Assembly: GCF_021028975.2 (NCBI RefSeq)
Contig: NC_059428.1
Coordinates: 66,898,001-66,962,000 of the forward strand
Source of the DNA: Sphaerodactylus townsendi
Taxonomy: Eukaryota
Direction: 5' to 3'
Length of the DNA: 64,000 nucleotides
Below are positions 59,600-64,000 of the stretch, one piece after another (positions within the stretch are counted from its first letter, which is position 1; each line of letters begins with the position of its first letter). The notes under the pieces were generated by a model. The model saw only the letters and a list, made by a program, of their open reading frames with translations, was not told the origin of the DNA and searched no databases. A program made the position numbers and the translations under genes.

Positions 59600-59779
59600 G
59601 GTGCTGAGACAATTCAGAGAGAACTGTGATTTGCCCAGAGTCACCAAGCAGGCTTCACATGGAGTAGTGGGGGAACAAACCCAGTTCACCAGATTAGAGT
59701 TCACCGCACATGTGGAGGAGATAAAAATCTGTTCTCCAGATCAGAGTCTGCTGCTTCTAACCACTACGCCATGCTGGCT
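59600..59779 (-). mobile_element. tRNA/CORE SINE, 5' part, inverted relative to the 59153 copy
   Basis: 'aaccactacgccatgctgg', 'aaacccagttcaccagattagagt', 'ctgtgatttgcccagagtcacc'. Confidence 0.75.
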
Positions 59780-60419
59780 CTAGTGCAAAAAGAGGTTTGT
59801 GTTTGAAATCTACTGAAGCTGTGAAATTCATTATGTATGCTTGCCATGTATTAATAGTAAACCATAGCCCTAATTTCATTAGCATCTTCATTATCCTGTG
59901 TTAATTATTTTAGTTATCGCATTGAGAACTAATATTAGAACCTGACAACACCAATTCCCTGAATGCATCTTGTGGTTGCTGAATGTGGTTGCTGCTCAGC
60001 TAGTTGTTGCTTCTGACAGCTGTAAAGTGATGCTACCTCATTTGTCCCAGACCAGTTATTTATTTTTAAAATTAAATGAAACACAACCATTCTTGTCTTC
60101 ATTCTGATATCTAAGGGCCAAAGATGTACAGTCTTTCAATCCAAAGATGTGTAGTTTGGCTTTAAAAATAATTCACATTGCAACAGTATGGTTCAAGATC
60201 TTGCTACAGTAGAACCCGGGTTCTACATTTCCCCAATTGAAAATGCCCCTGAATTTGCTTTCAGGTGGCTACTACCAGAAGGCTTTACCTTTAATGGAAT
60301 TTACCCGAAAATCACAGATGTCCAGACTGCAATAAAGTTGTTCAATAAGAACAAAAAATATCTGCAGGCAATATGGACACAATACTCACCTCTCTATGTT
60401 ACTGTTTTAAGATACTGAT

Positions 60420-60580
60420 AACAACACAAGCCTTTATTGGCATATAAAACAGGACAAAATTTTAAAACAAAGCAAGGTTAAGAAATACAGTTAAAATTAC
60501 TAATTTCCAGTATAAAATTTGCAACAGTTTCACAAAAGAGCACATCAAGAGCTGTTCAGGAGATTGGGTATCTTATAACA
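60420..60580 (-). mobile_element. LINE (RTE-X-like) 3' end, related to 30553-30781
   Basis: Minus strand ...DVLFCETVANFIL... then tatgccaataaaggcttg. Confidence 0.5.
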
Positions 60581-61020
60581 CTCATGCCACTGAGAACATT
60601 GCAAGAAAATACTGATAAACAAAACCTCAGTAAGAGTTCCCAACAACATGGGAGCTGAGAGAATGCTTTCAAAGAACTTGACTCTGTGATTTTAGCTCAG
60701 TGATGGTACTTTCTGTGGTACTAAATTCTGCCTGACTACATGGACCGCTTGCATGTTTGCCTTGTCTGCCTGAGAACTCGAACTAGAAAATACTTAATTA
60801 AAAAGAGGAATCTAGGTTGGGCTTAAAGGTTAAATGAACCATGAAGAAATGTGATAGATAAGATCAACAGCAGGGTTTGGGTGGGAATAATTAGGTATAT
60901 ATAGTCTTTGTAATATCAACCTGTGTTTTGCAAATAGAATAGGGTGATTAGAACACCTGTATCTTCCTCAATCATGTTAGTTTTGTTACAGATGTTATAA
61001 AACCAATAAAGATAAACAAA

Positions 61021-61370
61021 GGTTGGTTCTGCACGGTATAAATATACCGGGTTGACAAAAGGAAATATCCCAGTTTGGGGAAGAACTTTGCTTGGCTCCC
61101 ATTCCTAAATCAGGATTATCCCGCAATATTTCCCTCATCCCGAATGTTTCAGAAAGGGTGGGCTGCCACACCAGTCAGTGACTCAGCAGAAATGACATCA
61201 GGCAAGGAGAACAGGCAGCGGGTTGGAAAAATAAAGTGTTTGGGCACCCATGGTGCTTCCACGGAAGCCGATTCAATATGGGATTTTTGAGAAGGATCGA
61301 CATTTTAGCAATTTTTGAAAAACCTGGAATGAAGGAAATATTGCAGGATAATCCCGCTTTCGTGATAGCC
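61021..61370. mobile_element. Harbinger-like non-autonomous element, diverged
   Basis: Left end ggttggttctgcacgg. Interior 'ggaaaaataaa' and 'gatttttga' blocks resemble the 33075 and 39752 elements. Confidence 0.45.
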
Positions 61371-63824
61371 ACTTCTGACCTTCCTTACATCATTTCAGTT
61401 TCGTTCTGCTGAGCTACCCTGTGACTCCCTCACCATTTCCCAAATGTTGCCCAAGCACAGTTTCTCTCCATGTAGTGATTGTGAGTGCCATTTCACTTAT
61501 ATTTTCACAGGAATGCATTCACAGCAAACAGGGCCATTGCTCACAATGGCCCCTTTTCCTTTAAAAAAAATTGGGGGGTGCTCAAAATATGTTGCTACGC
61601 AGATGCACTCCTTTGAATGTGGATGGGACATCTTGCTTTGCTCCCTTTTTTTCTTTAGAAGAAGAAAAAGATCTTTGATAACATACATCACAATTGTTGT
61701 AGGAACCAAGAGCATAGAAAGCTATTATCAGAACATTAGCAGAAATGAATAAAAAGAAACTCATTAGGTTGTATGTCACTCATTTTACCATAACTTTCCT
61801 TTCTAAGGAAAAGGCACAAGCAAATCTGTACATTTGAATCAGAGGCTTCTTAAAGCAGACTTCACAAGTTCTTTGTTGTACATCTTTCACAAAATGTGTT
61901 GAACCTTTTTATCTCTTCCTCTTTTAGCTGACCTATCCTGAAATAGGATTTAAATTCCCATGCGTGCTGCCCTTCACCTTTGCCCAATCATAGCAAGCTA
62001 CATGTTTTCTTTTCCCAACCCTGACAACTCCATATCCTCTCCCCTTTATCTGAATCATTTTCTCCTTCTCAGCCATTTAGCAAACTTCTTTTTACTTGCT
62101 TCTCATCTTCAGCTACGGTATATTTACTATTTATTGACTTAAGGTATACTCCACTGGACTCCATAGTGAGAACCAAACCAACTTATTTCATTCTCTCAGC
62201 CTTGACCATGGGAAGAATATGAATGGGACACCTCCAAGGAATATCAGAGTCCTGACATGGCAGCAATGGCATGTGGCTGCACAGTCTACAGTCACTAGGA
62301 CAGCCTAAACTGACATGTATCCCAGCTAGTAAGGTCTGTTCTGTTTCCTGCTCTGACCTGACAGATGCATCTTGGAAACTTTAAATCAGGATCTGAAGGT
62401 AACTACACACCCACTGTATGACCTGAGTGGCTAGAAAACTGGAGTTTCCAGCGTACTGGCAAGAGTCTTCCAAGAGGTTCTCTAGCACAAGCCCTATTCA
62501 GATCAGAAGGAACTGTAAAAGAGCTCTTGAGCAACTCCGGAGCATTTGCACAGAAGACAAATATTCCCCATGGATTGTGCCCTAGTTCCTCATGAAGAAG
62601 CCAAGGAAGGTTTTATGTCAAATGAAGGAAGTACTCATTTATATATTGACATACATAATGTCTTTCTTTTTTAAAGCTTGAGGTGGGGGTGGAATAGTAT
62701 CACAGTTTTATTCAGGGTTGCCATGCATTTTCTATACGGTGCTTTATGAAATGCTGTGGCAGGGCTATATTTCATTTGTCTAAAATGAATCTGGTTTAAA
62801 CTTTAAAAGGTAAAGAACAGTAACACAGTGTGCCCTGGATGCATGATTAAGAACTGCAGTTGTTAAGCTTAAAGGCATGACCATCAATCAACTATACATC
62901 AAACGAAACCTATAAAACACTGCACACCATTATTTGTGTATTGCTGAATGCCAGAAAAAAATAGCTTAACCTTTGGGCATTTTTAAAGGTAAGGAGCTTT
63001 AAGGTGTGAAAGTAAACTGTCAGAAGTCTCATTAAAGCATTATTTACTACCTGGAAAAAAATTTACATTGATCTTTTCAAACTATCACTAACCACAAATA
63101 CATTAAAACTAAACCGTCCTCATTTACTGAGAAATAAATGTGTCAGCACAATTTTGACTTTTGTCCAATGCTTTTCCGGTATTTAATTCACTGGGGCTCA
63201 AGTGTTAAGCAGTTCATTGCTTGTTGTACTAAAACATGTTAATTTAATAAAGAACATCTTTCAATGATGATCAAAATTGTTGTCTTAGGAACATATACAA
63301 AGTTTATGGTCTACCTGACTATTCCAGCTGTGCATGAGCTTGATCCATATAATTCTTTCCTGCTTGGTATTAAGTCCTTAAAACATTTTTAACAGATCAA
63401 GGTTGAAAGGAATGGAGAGAAATTTGATTATTTATGTTGGTTTAAGTTATTATGAGAAGCATGGGTTTGTTGCAAAGTCAATATGGACTCACTATCATTT
63501 CAATCAATAATGTTTACTTTTGTATAAGTTAGTCAATGCTTTCAGTGCCTAATCTAATGAATAAATAATTGTATTTATTTTGCTATTTTCATGTAGCACA
63601 TTTAAAATACTATATACTTCTAATTTTCATTGATGAGACCAATTATCTTGATCTTACTGACATCATAGATAAACCACACCTCTGCAACTACTCTTTATAG
63701 CTAAAAGCATTAGTCCTTGGCTTGGGCACCTTGCAATACTCATCATGAATAAGAGAAAGAGCTTCATATTGTGTCATTCATGTCTGACATGAATTATTAT
63801 ATGTCTGAACTGGAGATGAACAAC

Positions 63825-64000
63825 TAGAGTTGCCAACTATAAGCTGATAAATTCCTGGAAATTTGGCAGCAGAACATGGAAAATGTGACCACTGGGGAGG
63901 GGAGGAATGTTAGCAGTAACATGATGCATCAGAGGCCACCCTCTGAAGCTGTCATTTTCTCCAGGGGACATTTATGTAGTCTGGAGATACTTTGTAAGCT
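63825..64000 (+). mobile_element. hAT/Blackjack-like MITE running off the window end
   Basis: tagagttgccaac...cctggaaatttgg...ccaccctctgaagc..cattttctccagggga..tagtctggagat. Confidence 0.65.

Noticed and set aside
60188-60418. 76-aa ORF and overlapping minus-strand exon candidate
   Set aside because: No recognisable homology and several equally weak readings.

Overview
Vertebrate, AT-rich, apparently non-coding DNA (intron or gene desert) with a 205-N assembly gap at 4342-4546. The repeat complement points to a squamate reptile, most likely a gecko (inference). No protein-coding gene is recognisable and the supplied ORFs look spurious. The window is a dense, often nested mosaic of mobile elements. 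It holds non-autonomous hAT elements with 8-bp target-site duplications (TSDs), one of them a perfect 148-bp palindrome, and many PIF/Harbinger-type MITEs with 3-bp TSDs. It also has tRNA/CORE SINEs, a 5S-rRNA-derived SINE with an RTE-type tail, CR1/L2/RTE-X-like LINE 3' ends, a probable LTR and a ~160-bp tandem array inside a composite element. The most interesting signals are Penelope-like fold-back fragments carrying minimal hammerhead-ribozyme cores on both strands (1909-2200, 53513-53670, degenerate at 9118-9270), an array of hairpins with conserved stems and variable loops (1535-3690), and a compact CpG island with promoter motifs and an ATG-GCG-GCC-GCG/gtaagt first-exon signature (12925-13285). 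A few repeat-poor segments may be conserved elements or unrecognised exons. Family names come from motif recognition only; no database search was run.
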